From positions 372,001 to 436,000 of the forward strand of contig NW_026936265.1 in NCBI RefSeq assembly GCF_032062105.1: a stretch of DNA of 64,000 nt, in the 5' to 3' direction. The position numbers and the translations under genes are program-made. This stretch comes from Saccostrea cucullata. Its lineage: Eukaryota. Below are positions 40,401-53,228 of this stretch, in pieces. How positions within the stretch are numbered: the first letter of the stretch is position 1; each line of letters starts with the position of its first letter. The notes below the pieces were generated by a model. The model did not search any database, was not told the DNA's origin, and saw nothing but the letters and a program-made list of their open reading frames with translations.

Positions 40401-43400
40401 ATAACTTGACTCTTTATTGAAAATCAAAAATGATATATTAAAACTTCTAAAAATAAGAAAAAAGTGTATTGCAATCGATGGTTTAAAAAATGCCGGAAAA
40501 GAAGAGTTTTTCCCTTGTTTTTGATATGATTGCCAGTTCAAAGATTGCGAGAAGGGTATCGTAAGCGACTGTCTGGATAAAACAATGGAGTCTGTTTGGC
40601 AAAGATTAGCAATTTGCAACAGCACATGGAGCTGTTTGGTTCCTGTGTTTTCATTCAGGCAACACAACATCTACCTCATTATCAGCGCCATTCTTACACG
40701 TAGTAATACATGGCACCACGAACACACTGAAAACTGATCATTTTCTCCTGCTACCGGTTCCATGTCACTGTAACTGAAGAGCTGTAAGTTACAGATAGAC
40801 AAACTTTATTATCAACTGATCTGTAGACTTTGACATTTGATAAGTTGTTGTTTTCCGCAAACTTTGTATAGGAGACTAGGAGTGACGATTTGCTGTCAGA
40901 AGAGTGCAATCTGAAGTACGTTTTTTGATGAAAAAAGAATTCTGTCGCAGGTGCAGTAAATAAAATCATGCTATTCTTCAGAACCGAAACGGTCGTTAAA
41001 CGGCATAGATCCTGAACGTTGCGAAATATGCATATGCTTATTAAAAACAAAGGGTTCTTATTTTTTTGCATCTTCAACACTAATGAGCACTTTGAAAGCC
41101 TCTCACTTCTGAAGTGTTAGAAAAAGGCTTCACTGTTCAAAGATTAATGCCTGACTGAGTGTTTATGTTATGTAATATTCCAGAAATCAAAAGCATTCTA
41201 TGTACTAAACTTATGCTTTACTAATGTAGACAAATATTCAAAAGAACGAAGTGTATTTTTAGGACGGAAAAAGGTAACAGTAAACTGTGAATGACTTTTC
41301 GATAGATGAAATAACGAATGTTAACAAAAGTAATTACATTTATTTTTATCTATTATGTAGGTGTCATTACAATTATGAATGGAACGGATGTTTGAAATTT
41401 TGTTGAGATAGGGATTACGGGATTTGCCGTGTAGTTTGTTTTGTTGAAAACTGGGAACACCCTACAATTTACGGAATCATTTACGACTTCTGTGGAAATA
41501 ACCTACTGAATTTCGTCCTCTATATATTGTAATATCAGAAAATTTATAGCCGTGGGCTTTCATGGTCACCCGAGTATCCTTCCTTTCAGACAAACTACCG
41601 ATGTTCTCCACCTTTATATCATAAACGAGCTTTTCTTGTTTCTCTATAAACAGACTTGGTCCAGATTCGAATCCTATACTGTGTTCTTAATATTTTTTGT
41701 CGAGGTACAGGGAAATACACTTTAGAAATGCTAGGGAGGAACGCTTTAGTTTTCATAAACCTTTCGAAATAACATAAGTTAAAGTTTTACTCAAAAAGAA
41801 CTAAAAAAAATCATTTTGCTGAAAGCAATAATTCATCAAACGCGCGTTTGCTGCAACTGTACATCTGTGTTACTGCATTATCTTTCTATGTGACTTATAA
41901 ACTGTTTTATATCATTACAAAGACACCAATTATACCACTATTTTGAAATCTAGCATTCACATGTATGAAATAACTTCCCTATTTCTTTACAGATGTTTGA
42001 CTGCTCATTCCAACCCAATACCGTTCAGTACATACACAGTGGATCACCTTTACTAAATAGTGACAAAGTTAAATTACGTGTTTATAAATTCACCAATAAC
42101 TCCACGACTTCCCAAACTTTCCATTTGGATGTTCAAATTGCCAACAAGTCCCATGATATCGTGGTAACACGAGGCTTGCGCCCCATTGTTGTTCCAGAAT
42201 TCAACGGGTTATCCAATCTAATTGATTCATCTGTGATACGATTTTACTTTAGTGGTAAGAACAATGTCTCTTGTACTGTTGGTTTTTCCACATATCGGTC
42301 ACTTTGGCCAATCGCTGGACAGATCGTTGTGGGAGAGAGAAAGACTAGGGTTGAAACAATGAGGAAATCCTGTCGAGACTTCCTGTATAGTAAATTATAT
42401 TACCAGCATGTGCAGTCTCCAAATCCTGACGTGGATTATCTTCCTTTGACAATCGAGCTGAAAGACCCCGACGTCAGTGATGACGTTTCTATTGAACGTT
42501 TCTACCTCCCCATTCACATTAAGGGTGCTCTACCCAACTCACCCCCGAGATCATCCTTTTTGAGCATATACATGATGGATGTAAACCAGTTCGTGCTTTC
42601 AACACTTCTGCCTGGTGTTATATCGGCTGAGGATTATGAAACGGACTCCAAGGATTTGGTTTACAATATAACCAGTCTGCCAGGTGGCAATGGTGGGTAT
42701 TTCGTACATTTAGACGATCACACAATCCCCATAGACTCTTTCGTACAAGATGACCTTGAACATCACAGAATTGCCTATCAACCTCCGAGTACAAGTCTGT
42801 CAGAACGCCGTGTCTTCCAAGCACAATTTACAGTTTCCGACAGCCATTTTGCATCAAGTCTACCGATTGTACTACACATTGCAGTTCGTCCGTCTGCTAC
42901 AAATGCACCAAGAATAGCGACTAACAAAGGTCTTGTTCTCCTTGAAGGTCAATCAAGGCCGATAACAATTGCTGAACTAAATATACTGGACCCTGATAAT
43001 GCAAATTCTGTTAGTCTTTACGTACTTGGTGGCCTTAGATATGGTCAACTAATGAAAAACAAAAGATCTACAATTGCAATGACCCTAGAAGATCTTCGTA
43101 AAGGTCGAATATCCTACCAACACGATGACAGCGAGTCAACAAAAGATCACATCAAATTCCGAATCAGTGATGGAGTGAACACAATTATGATTACTTTCCC
43201 CATCATAATAATTCCAAAGGATGATTCGGCGCCATACCTTGTGAACAGTATTGGGTTAGAGGTCAATGAAGGAGAGACAAGAAGGATATCCACTAACATG
43301 CTTCTTGCACATGACACAGATTCCCTTGATGATAATATAATGTATATTATTACACAACCTCCATCAGCTGGGGAAATAATAAAGAAAACATCACAGGGAG

Positions 43401-46400
43401 ATACCGGGACGCGTATTAGTAAGTTTAACCAAAGAAACATTAAAAAGGGACAGATTTTCTACAGACATTTTGGGAATGAAGTTTTTAAAGATTCATTTGT
43501 ATTTAAGCTCCGAGATCACCAAGACCCTCCTAATAAATCGGAAGACGAAACATTCCATATCATCATAAACCCTGTATACGAAAATCCACCACAGTTGGCA
43601 CCTAAAGCAACAAGACTAGTCCACGTACCAGAAACTGATATAACGTATATAACGAAAGATGAACTCCAATACACAGACATTGAAACAGACGACAATAAGT
43701 TAACGTACATAATTACATCTCCACCATATTTCGTTTACAATGCCGGGTTTGAGGAAGCTGGAAGAATTATCGCTACTCACAATTTTTCATCAGTTACAAA
43801 GAATGACTCAATTCCTGCTATATCTACTTTTAAACAGGAGGACATCAACCACATGAAAATTGCTTACATGCCACCATTAGCCGACATAGGTCCCGAATCA
43901 CGCCTTGTAAGGTTTGTCTACACAGTGCAAGATTCAAGTGGAAATCAGGTTCTTGGACAGTATTTTGAAATAGACGTTCAACCAGTCAATGATAAACCTC
44001 CTTCTTTGCTAGTAAGTAAACTGCTGGTAGAGGAAGGAGGCATTCTTGGGATTTCTAATCTTCAGTTATCAGCTTTAGATGAAGACACACTTCTTGAAGA
44101 TCTTGTCTTCATTCTAGATGAGACTCCAAAGTATGGTGTCGTCCAGAAAAATGGTATGGCTCTAGCACAGAAAGGCGAGTTCAAGATTGACGATCTGAGG
44201 CGAAACGACATAAGGTATAACGATTTTTTTCATGTTCATAAGTCGTTTAATACATTTAGTAAGTATAACAATCAAATTACAATTTATTACCCTGACTACA
44301 TAACTTGAATTCTTCTTGTAGGTACGTACACGATGGCGCAGAAGTGCTTTTAGATTCGATCACTCTTACTGTCAGTGATGGAGTAAACAGAGCGACAAAG
44401 GTTGTACCGATAGATATAGTTCCAATAGACGATAAAGCCCCTTTACTAAAAAGCAATCTTCGACCGCGTCTTATTGTATCAGAAGGTGGTGATGCAATTG
44501 TAACGTCATCAGTTTTGGCGGCAACTGATGACGACACGGATGATAGCCAACTAATATTCTTAATAGTGAAGCAGCCTAAGTATGGAATCATGCAACTAGT
44601 GGATCAGCCGGTGACAAAATTTACCCAAAAAGATGTCAATGGCAACAAAGTTAAGTACATTCATACAGGGGGCGAAGTTGGAAACAACATATTACGAGAC
44701 ACGGTAACTTTTATTGTCTCTGATCAGAACTTCATGGCGACGGGTGATTTGCCTGTATACGATCTGAATATTACAATTACTCCTGTGGACAACTCGAAAC
44801 CAGCCATCATTAAAGGACTGGAGTTGGTAGTTAACGAAGGTGGATCAGTCACTTTGACACCCGATGCTGTTACTGCCAAAGATCCTGACACTGATCCCGA
44901 AGAGATAAGTTTCGTCATCACAAAACAACCACAATGGGGATACCTTGAAAATTCAAAACCATTGAAAGGGTCTCAAAAGTCAAGATCGGGAATTCGAATT
45001 ACAACATTCAAACTCCAAGATATTATTGATAAAACAATCAACTACGTTCAAGCCAATCATAAAGGAGTGGAACCAATTTATGACGAGGTTGAATTTTATG
45101 CAACTGATGGGAAACAGAGGTCTGATGACGTACCACTTGGTTTCAGAATAACGCCACAAAATGATGAAGAACCTGATGTTATGCTTCAGGACTTTTCGGT
45201 AGATGAAGGATCTTTCAAGATTATCGACCAGATCATTGTGGATGCAATTGATATGGATGTTCCAAAAGAACAGTTGACGTTATCCATTTCTCAAGCACCA
45301 GATCATGGTGATATCGTTTTAATGATACAGACCAAGAACGGAGATATGGAAGTTGCAGTTCATGATTTCACAGTTGAGGAACTTCACAAAGGCATGAGGC
45401 TCAAGTACAAACACGACAATAGTGAACACTTTAGAGACAAATTTGCTTTAACAGTATCCGATGGAAGACACGAAGTTAAAAAGCTTTGCAATATTTCGAT
45501 TAGAGCTTTGAATGATGAAGGACCAGAAATTACAAAGAACGCTGGACTGCAGTTAGAATATGGAGACTTTGCGATGATATCGAGCGCATCACTACAATCC
45601 TCTGATCCAGACAACAGCGATAATGAAGTGATATACATTTTGATGTCTGTTCCAAAGAAAGGTTCACTGCAATTTTGCACAGATCCATTTTCACCAACAC
45701 GTATCTCGGAATGCAGGGATATGATGGTCGGTCAAAACTTTACCCAACATGACGTGGACATGAACAGAGTGCGATACATCCACACGACAAGTATGGGCAA
45801 TACAGAGACAGATAGTTTTCTGTTTTTGTTGACGGATGGAACCAACAGACGACATGTAGAAACATTTGAAATCAGAATAAGAAATTCAAAGAAAAGCAAC
45901 TTGGCAGTTTTCAATAAAGGGTTACAAGTCAGAGAAGGGGAAAGAACCTCAATTTCCACAAATAACTTAAGCGCATCTGATGAAAGCACAAAGGCTGATG
46001 AAATAGTTTTTGCAATAACACAAAGACCAAGATTGGGACAAATTGAATTCATCGATAGACACCTCACAAGTATAAATAGCTTCACACAGTTAGATTTAGC
46101 TTCCCGAAAGGTTGTATATAATAATTTAAACAAAGGCGATAACACAGAGGACGTATTCAAGTTCACCGTAACCAACGGACTAAGCCAAGCCAAAGATGGC
46201 GAATTTAGGATAACAATCGAACCTCTTGACCGTGTCCTTCCTTCACTCAGGGTGAACAGTCTAATTGAAGTAACACAAGGAGGTGAGGTTGAGTTATCTC
46301 CCTTGTTGCTTAAAGCCCAAGATCCCGACACTGCCAGCACGAACGTAACATTCATTATCGCTAAACCACCGACATACGGCCGTCTGTATAACAGAGGAAT

Positions 46401-49400
46401 CGTTATTACCAGGTCCTTTACTCAGAGCGATATCAATTTTGGGTTCATTACTTACGAAACAGATGGATCTCATGCCGGTTTGGACAACTTCCTTTTCAAC
46501 ATATCTGATGGTAAACACGCGGGTTTCTTGGTGAATGGAACACTTCAGACAAAGCCTGTTATCTGCAGCATCTTTATCAAACCTCTTGTCAACGATGCTC
46601 CAAAATTACTCATTCTGAAACAGCCGGACACATTAGAATTCTTTGGGAACGACCGTTACGGTTTCCGAATAACCAACAGAAACCTAAAAGCTATCGACTC
46701 CGATTCAACCAGTTCCCAGTTAACATACAACATGATTAAGAAGCCACAATATGGTCATGTTGAGAATGTCAAAACAAAAAGATACGTAAGGCGAAGGTTC
46801 ACGCAGAAGGACGTGGACGAGAGTAGTCTTCACTATATAGTCAACCAGAGGAAAGCACACACCAATGACAGCTTTACCTTCAGTGTGACGGACAGCAGGG
46901 GAAACATTCTTAACAATCAGAGGTAAGTTTTAGGATTCTAATTAAGTGAATGAATGCATTTGTTCTTAAAATTTTCAAAAATTATCAAATTCTCGAAGGT
47001 CGTGAAAAAATGTGATAAAACTCATAATGCATCTAAGCTTTGGATTGAATGTCTTTTGTAAATGGAATATCTTTTTTGGATTTTTCAGGTTCGAAATGAA
47101 GTGGTCGAGGATTGAATTCTTAAGAAAACAGATAATATCATGCGAAGATATAGGTACACTCACAATTACTTTGAAACGGACTGGTGACTTGCAACAAATC
47201 TCTTTTGTTGGAATTAAGATAAGGGATATGTCTGCAAAAAGTGGACTCGACTTCTTCCCAAGCTCGGCCAAACAAGTCCAGTTCAATCCAGGTAGGGATA
47301 GAATTTTTTTAGTATTTTGCATCATTTGAAATGCTTAACGTTCATTTATTGTAACAAATATATAAATTACATTTCAAATGCATGTCATTTCAGGAATGAA
47401 CCAAGCCACGTGGGACATAAGAATAGCTGCAGATAGTTTAATGGAGAATAGCGAGAAATTCCAAATCTACTTGGAAGAACCTATCAACGCTGTACTTGGA
47501 AGAAGAACTAAAATGAACATTCATTTAATCAATGCAGAAAACGGTAAACAAAATATTAATAAGGTTTATACCAATTCTAGAGATCAACAGGCTCGTTGAA
47601 TAACAGACTAATAGAACTTAAATTGCCTCCATTTTACAAAGTCTAACTAAGTCAATCTGTCAAATTGAAATTCTAGTTGAATATTACAAATAAGCTTTTA
47701 GAAAACTTCGACAGAACCAGTCTCATTTATTAGTTTGTTTTATTTTGATTGTTTATTTATTGGCTGTTTTGCTTTATTTGTTTTCCTGTTTTTTATATTA
47801 ACTACTGGGTATTCATCTTTTGGGTTTAGGTGAATGTCCACAATACCTTGGGATGATCAGCAAAAACAATAAAGATGTGGTTGACCTTGAAGAGACAATA
47901 ACACCCATTTCTAATAAAAAGATAGATACAAAATTATCCGTAAGTATCTGTCATTACTCAACCATTAACTGATGAAAATCATTGATGGTAGAAGAACTGA
48001 TCATTGCAATTAAAATAAGGGGAATTTTTTTTCTTTTGCACTGAATCCATACGATTTAATAAACTGTCCTTCCATGAATTTAACTAAGCCAAACTTTTAC
48101 AGTGTACTTTATATAGTGCAGAATGACATTATGTATAGCCTATAGGAAAGTTCATATTGTATTTCAAAGTCAATTTTTCAGAATTTGATGTGTAAAAGAT
48201 GATATAAATTATAGAATAAAAAGAGGATTGTCCTCGCCTTGTACGCCTCCATTTTTTAACTAAGCCAATGATACAGGCTTAATTGTATAAGAAAGTTTAT
48301 ATTGTATTTCAAAGTTAATTATTTCAGTATTATACATAAAGAATGCAAGACTTCTAGCTTAATTGACAGATTTGTGTGCTCCTACTTTACAGTTCAATAC
48401 CTTTTCGGGGCTTGGAACAATCAAAGAAAATCCCCTGGATAACGCCTACAACACTGATCCCGACTCAACACCGTCCAAATCATCTCTTTCATCATCAAAA
48501 AAATCAAAGACAATCAAAAATTCCGAATTAAATGAAGTATTACCAACTAAAAGAAAACAAAAGAAAAGAAAGAGAAAAGGTCGAAAGCGGAAGAAGAAAA
48601 GGAACGGAAAGATCAAGAAGTCCAATTCACTGAGTCAGAAAGCGGATTCCATATTTCCTCTGTCATCTTCGTCTCTAAGAATTCAGGTAAGATGGCAGAA
48701 GACATCAAACATTCCTACTCGCGTGTATTGGATTAATATAGCATGTCATTAATTCTGGACGGATTTAAATTGTCCTCATTAACTAGTTTTCTGCTTATTA
48801 CGGCTACAACACAGTTATGACTCGTGCTTACTCATGATTTATGATCTGAGCTTTTTGTATATGTTTTAAAATTATTGTTAACCATGCATTTTCTTTTTTT
48901 TAGGCTCCACAAAATTGTACCAGAACAACAAAAAATCTGTTACATTTTGATTCGTTTACACAAAGAATGTATAAATGTGACGGTTATATTTGGAGGGTGT
49001 GGGATTCTGGGAGCCCTGATGAGTCTGCAATCAGTTCTATCCCTGCCCCTTCTGTCTGTCTCATTGGTAAGGAACAAAACATTCTTTTTCCGGGCTCAGG
49101 CGACTATCTGCTCTCTAACATAGATCATTTTGTTTCATAAATGATTATTTTTAACAGCATATTGATCGAAATAAAAATGAAATTTGGTTTATCAAACGAG
49201 ACCATTTTTAGCCTGCTCATTTTTGAAGATTTATTTCTCCGGCATAGGAGCATTCATCTCAAATACGACATATGATGCAGATTAGAATTTTATGATTTAA
49301 AAAAAAAATACATGACATTACGATACATATTTCGTGTACATCGATCAGCAAATAAAAATTGTAACTGATGATTCAACTTATTTTTATATTAGGGGAATTC

Positions 49401-50407
49401 TTTGAGGGCCGTTGCTACAAGTTTTTCAAGGAAAGAAAAACCTGGGAAGAAGCAAAGAGACACTGTAATTCCATAAATGCCATCCCCTCAACCCTTACAC
49501 CGGTGCGATCTAGAGCGCACTATCAATTCCTGGTTAAATTAGCCGGAAAAACGTCTTTCTGGATCGGTAAGTATAATTTTTAATTTTAAAATTTAGTGGA
49601 AAAAAATGCGTGTTTAGGAATAAAACTATAATCAAAACAATATAGAAATTACTCTAAAGTTTCAGTACATTAATGCACCAACAGATATTATATATAACAC
49701 CAATTCACGGTTAAGATTCTTTTAGCCTATCAGCCTCAAATAAAACAAACAATATATTTGAATATATGTTTTTGATTTAAAAAGCAAAATTACAGCGTAC
49801 ATACGGTGAATGAAATGCAAGAAAGTTGGCAGGGTTCGGTGAAGCAAAAGGAGTGGATAAACTCTGTAAAAAAAATCTAATCAGAGGCTATGTTTTTAGG
49901 AATACATGTTCGTAATCCGTACGATATGATAATATTTATCTCATGAGATGTTACAAAACAATTTATTTCGCAAGATTTGCCAATGTTCACTCCTCCTTAA
50001 ATTGTAAATCGTGAGAATATGAAGCATACATAACCTTGACGGTAGTGTGGAATTTCTACTCAGTGTACTTCATTATTTTCTAATTACTTTCCTGTCTAGG
50101 TTTGAATAATAAACAGGCCCCCCGAGACTGGGAGTATCTCAGGGATGGATCATCTAGTATACCTCTCTTAAGTTACACCAACTGGGGCAAGAACCAGCCT
50201 CAAGTACGGGGCAAACGTGACAGAAGAAACTGTGTTCTAGTTAATAAACGCCGAAAATGGAAGAACAAATCTTGTACTAAAAACAGTAAAAGATTCATTT
50301 GCGAAGGAATTCCTCACCAAAAATTTCCATCCCAGCAGTTTTCAGTTTCGGACCAGCCTAGACGACAACGAGGCAGACGACGGCGGCGCTTCCGGTGGAG
50401 TAATTGA
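27554..50407 (+). CDS. FREM1: FRAS1-related extracellular matrix protein 1-like; gene span, 10 coding exons, about 2146 aa
   Basis: join(27554..27769,41993..44214,44322..46922,47089..47291,47394..47543,47830..47939,48393..48686,48904..49066,49393..49566,50100..50407). All introns are GT-AG with consistent phases. N-terminal CRVEVVQNDPITQRVG...FDCSF is FREM1-type. CSPG repeats plus one Calx-beta plus a C-type lectin is the FREM1 architecture. Confidence 0.92.
30080..30170 (-). mobile_element. Internally deleted Penelope-like 3' module
   Basis: GGAGCAGAGCAAACACGGACCTC...AGCATCCC..GCGGACCGG..ATCCGCCGTGTG is the reverse complement of 4815-4910. Confidence 0.65.
31591..31792 (-). mobile_element. 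Short HINE/Helentron-type remnant with both terminal boxes
   Basis: 3' hairpin TTTTTAGCTCATCTTTGGGCTAAGGTGAGCT. The 5' box (reverse complement of 31760-31791) reads CAAGAGGCCAAGGGGCCACAACGTTCACCCGA. Confidence 0.65.
34440..34489. repeat. (CT)25 microsatellite
   Basis: Direct observation; perfect dinucleotide run. Confidence 0.98.
36171..36713. mobile_element. Long inverted repeat / MITE, ~200-bp arms and ~145-bp spacer
   Basis: AGCTGCAGAACTGTAGCTCTCTGCTTGAGAAAATT...GATCCAAGCGTTGTAAAAACC is mirrored at 36511-36713. No clear TSD. Confidence 0.8.
41993..44214 (+). CDS. FREM1: FREM1-like coding exon 2 (NV region, CSPG repeats)
   Basis: 771-aa ORF; acceptor TTTACAG; donor AG|GTATAA; repeated FxQxDI..xxIxYxH motifs. 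Confidence 0.95.
44322..46922 (+). CDS. FREM1: FREM1-like coding exon 3 (CSPG repeats)
   Basis: 873-aa ORF; acceptor TTGTAG; donor AG|GTAAGT. Confidence 0.95.
47089..47291 (+). CDS. FREM1: FREM1-like exon 4 (Calx-beta, first part)
   Basis: FEMKWSRIEF...CEDIGTLTITLKRTG...QVQFNP; canonical splice sites. Confidence 0.9.
47394..47543 (+). CDS. FREM1: FREM1-like exon 5 (Calx-beta, second part)
   Basis: MNQATWDIRIAADSLMENSEKFQIYLEEPINAVLG; phases 1/1. Confidence 0.9.
47830..47939 (+). CDS. FREM1: FREM1-like exon 6 (linker; not in the ORF track)
   Basis: TTTAG|GT GAA TGT... ECPQYLGMISKNNKDVVDLEETITPISNKKIDTKLS|GTAAGT. Needed to reconcile the phases. Confidence 0.8.
48393..48686 (+). CDS. FREM1: FREM1-like exon 7 (Ser-rich and polybasic linker)
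   Basis: Acceptor TTTACAG, donor CAG|GTAAGA, 98 codons open. Confidence 0.8.
48904..49066 (+). CDS. FREM1: FREM1-like exon 8
   Basis: APQNCTRTTKNLLHFDSFTQRMYKCDGYIWRVW...SVCLI; canonical splice sites. Confidence 0.85.
49393..49566 (+). CDS. FREM1: FREM1-like exon 9 (C-type lectin, first half)
   Basis: EFFEGRCYKFFKERKTWEEAKRHC...SFWIG. Confidence 0.9.
50100..50407 (+). CDS. FREM1: FREM1-like last coding exon (C-type lectin, second half, plus Arg-rich tail)
   Basis: LNNK...YTNWGKNQP...NCVLV...WKNKSC...FICE; stop TGA. Confidence 0.9.
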
Positions 50408-53106
50408 GTCCAAGAACCAGTTTAAAGGAACACTAAATGAGATTAAAAAACACTGGGGCTTGTCTCTTATAGTGTAGAGAATGCCCTTTATTCTGACCCA
50501 GTATCTGTCAGGGCAAGAGGCTATTGTATCTTAAAACAATAATGATGAGGCACGTTACCCGAATGATAATATTCAGACGTCTGCCACTCTGAGTAGCAGT
50601 GGGGAAATTATAATAACTTTTTCATGAGTTTGTAATCAGCTACATTGGCAGATGTCATTTCAAGCAGATTTATTGCCTTATGTTTACCTTTCATTTCAAA
50701 AACATAGATAATGAAATGGATAGCATACCTACTAAGCATAATAAGCTAGGTCAAATGACCACCACATAAATTGTGCAATCTGGGGCAATAATAATGGTGT
50801 GAACTATTAACACTGAAACTATCTGCTTTGTTGTTATGTTTGAATTTGTATCATTGTTATAGTAATTAATTAGAAAATATAGTTTTAGTTATAAATAGTT
50901 GGTACTATGTACTGCTAGCATATTGTTTCAGTGATAGCAGATTCTTGTACTTTAAAACTTGTGCTGGTATAAATATACCATAATTTAGTAGTAATAGTCC
51001 ACTCATGATGTAGTGTTAAGAAAAAATTACCTGATTTCCACAGCTTTAATTTGTTTATTTTTATATATATATAAACATATTCTGCCCTTATGTTTTGACA
51101 TAAGCCTATTTTAAATGAAATGACATGATTTATATATTTATGTACCACCAAACCAGACAATGCATTTTAATACAATATATAGTTCCACTCATATAGAAAC
51201 TGTGCTATTTTATAACATTTGTTTTTGTTGTATATATTAATTGCTGTATATTAAATATATATTTTTTATTCTTTAGCAGCATGTTTTAACATGTAGAAAT
51301 CCATTGGTCTGGAATCAGATTACATGCTTGTTTGTTTATATGTATATTTTAAATATTAAAAATTATGGGGTAAATGAATTGTTAACTTAATCCTGAATTC
51401 CTTACTGTTGAAATACTAGTATTGTGATGTTATGGCTGTGGTTTACATTTCTTATCATCTACTTTGTCATGACATGCTACTAGTAGAAATTAAATATTTA
51501 GAAACAACAACTTAATTCTCATTTTTGCTTTGATATCCCATATTTTTTAAAAAGTAAATATAAATAAACCATACTAAAAATTTAGCATTATTTTTTTTTT
51601 ATCAACTGATAAGCATAATCATAAATCAATGCTTCTACATGTATTTGTCTTAATATAATATTAACTTGTGTTTGAATCTGGGGGCAATAAAAAGAGTTAA
51701 AATCAGTTCATGTTACATGTACATCAAACTGCATGTATACATGTATATGTTTACAGTACTATCTTCATATGTCAATTACCTCACAAATTAAGGTACACCA
51801 AAATAAAATTAAGAGAGGTGCAATTTCAATTTTGTGATGATTAATCAAACAAGAAATGATATGTCTCACAGAATCTTAATCACAAAAACAATTTTAAAAG
51901 TTTTATTCTTTTAATCTTCTCTGAAACATACAAAACTCTGCAGCTAGACATGCATGAATGCTACTTTACACATTGTCATTTATGTTTTTTGATACATGCT
52001 TTTATACAGTAATGACTTTGATACATACTGTAACCCTGATATACATACTGTTACCATTCATCTTTGTGATATATATTAGCTAATCTACTGAAAATTAAAC
52101 TACTGAAATAAATATTTTACACAGTTTATCTCTCATTCCAAACTTCCAACTTGACTGATGTGTGACTCAAATGTAGGGGATTTCATAAGTAAAGAATGTT
52201 TTTAAAATGTACCTTTTTCTTTAAATTGCTCAAAAAGAACCTAGGCATGTTTTTATGAATAGTAAAATGAATCCTTATATCAAATTACACCAAAAACTTT
52301 ATATACCATCCCAATAAGAAAAAGATAAGAAAGTTAAATATGCATACTGCATTGTATAAAGGCATTTTACAAACATCAATTATATATATCTGGGTCTGTA
52401 GTTTCTTGGAATAAGATGTAATTGATAAAAAAAAAATAAAAGATATAATTTTAATAAGCTAAGGTCACTGTGTTTATGCATTGCATTCTACTGGATGCCA
52501 AGACATGATAATTATGTTCATATTTCTTAGTGCAGATTGGAAAATCATACTTAAAATTTACCCAACATTTAAATGTAACAAGTACACAACAGCTACATCA
52601 CTTAATATACCTCGAACTTGAATTTCCACAAACATACATTTATTATTGGGTTGAAGGTAAGCTAAATATAATCAAATTGTTGTTGACTTTGGAATAAATA
52701 TAATCAATTTTTGTCGACTTTGAGATATGGTTTTCATAGAAATTGGAGAGGTCTGACATTGATCATAAAGGTGATATGTCAATCATGTTGTAGCAAAGTT
52801 AAATACACAACTATTCTTTGAATTTTTTCCATTGTGTTCTCTTTTTCATACATCTCACACAAAGTATTCTCAGAATTTCCATTTTGTATAATATAAATGT
52901 AACCACTTAGATATACACTAATTACCAAAAACTAAACAGCTTGATATTATAGTGTGTAACAGATCATTGAAAATTCTTGGAATACTGTTATTAAACTTAA
53001 ATTCTTATTTCATGATTTTTTTTTAATAAAATCCAAATATTTCATTGTAAACTTTTTTTGATGCTGCTTGTTTTCATTACAATGACTGGATTCCATTGTC
53101 TTGGTT

Positions 53107-53228
53107 TCACGGCATTTGATTAGCATCTCGACAGGACTTACAACACATCCTGAAGAAGTAACCACGGTTACAGACCTTGTGTTTTACAACAAGGGGACAG
53201 AAGTGGGCCCGATCTCGGTCAAGGCATT
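53107..53228 (-). CDS. ADAMTS6: ADAMTS6/10-like last exon (PLAC domain; not in the ORF track)
   Basis: [40 protein letters not shown]; acceptor TTTTTAG. Confidence 0.9.

Noticed and set aside
42618-47325. Minus-strand ORFs of 64-207 aa overlapping FREM1
   Set aside because: Antisense shadows of the long coding exons with no recognisable domains.
48078-48330. Degenerate ~90-bp duplication in FREM1 intron 6
   Set aside because: An old local duplication with no sign of function.
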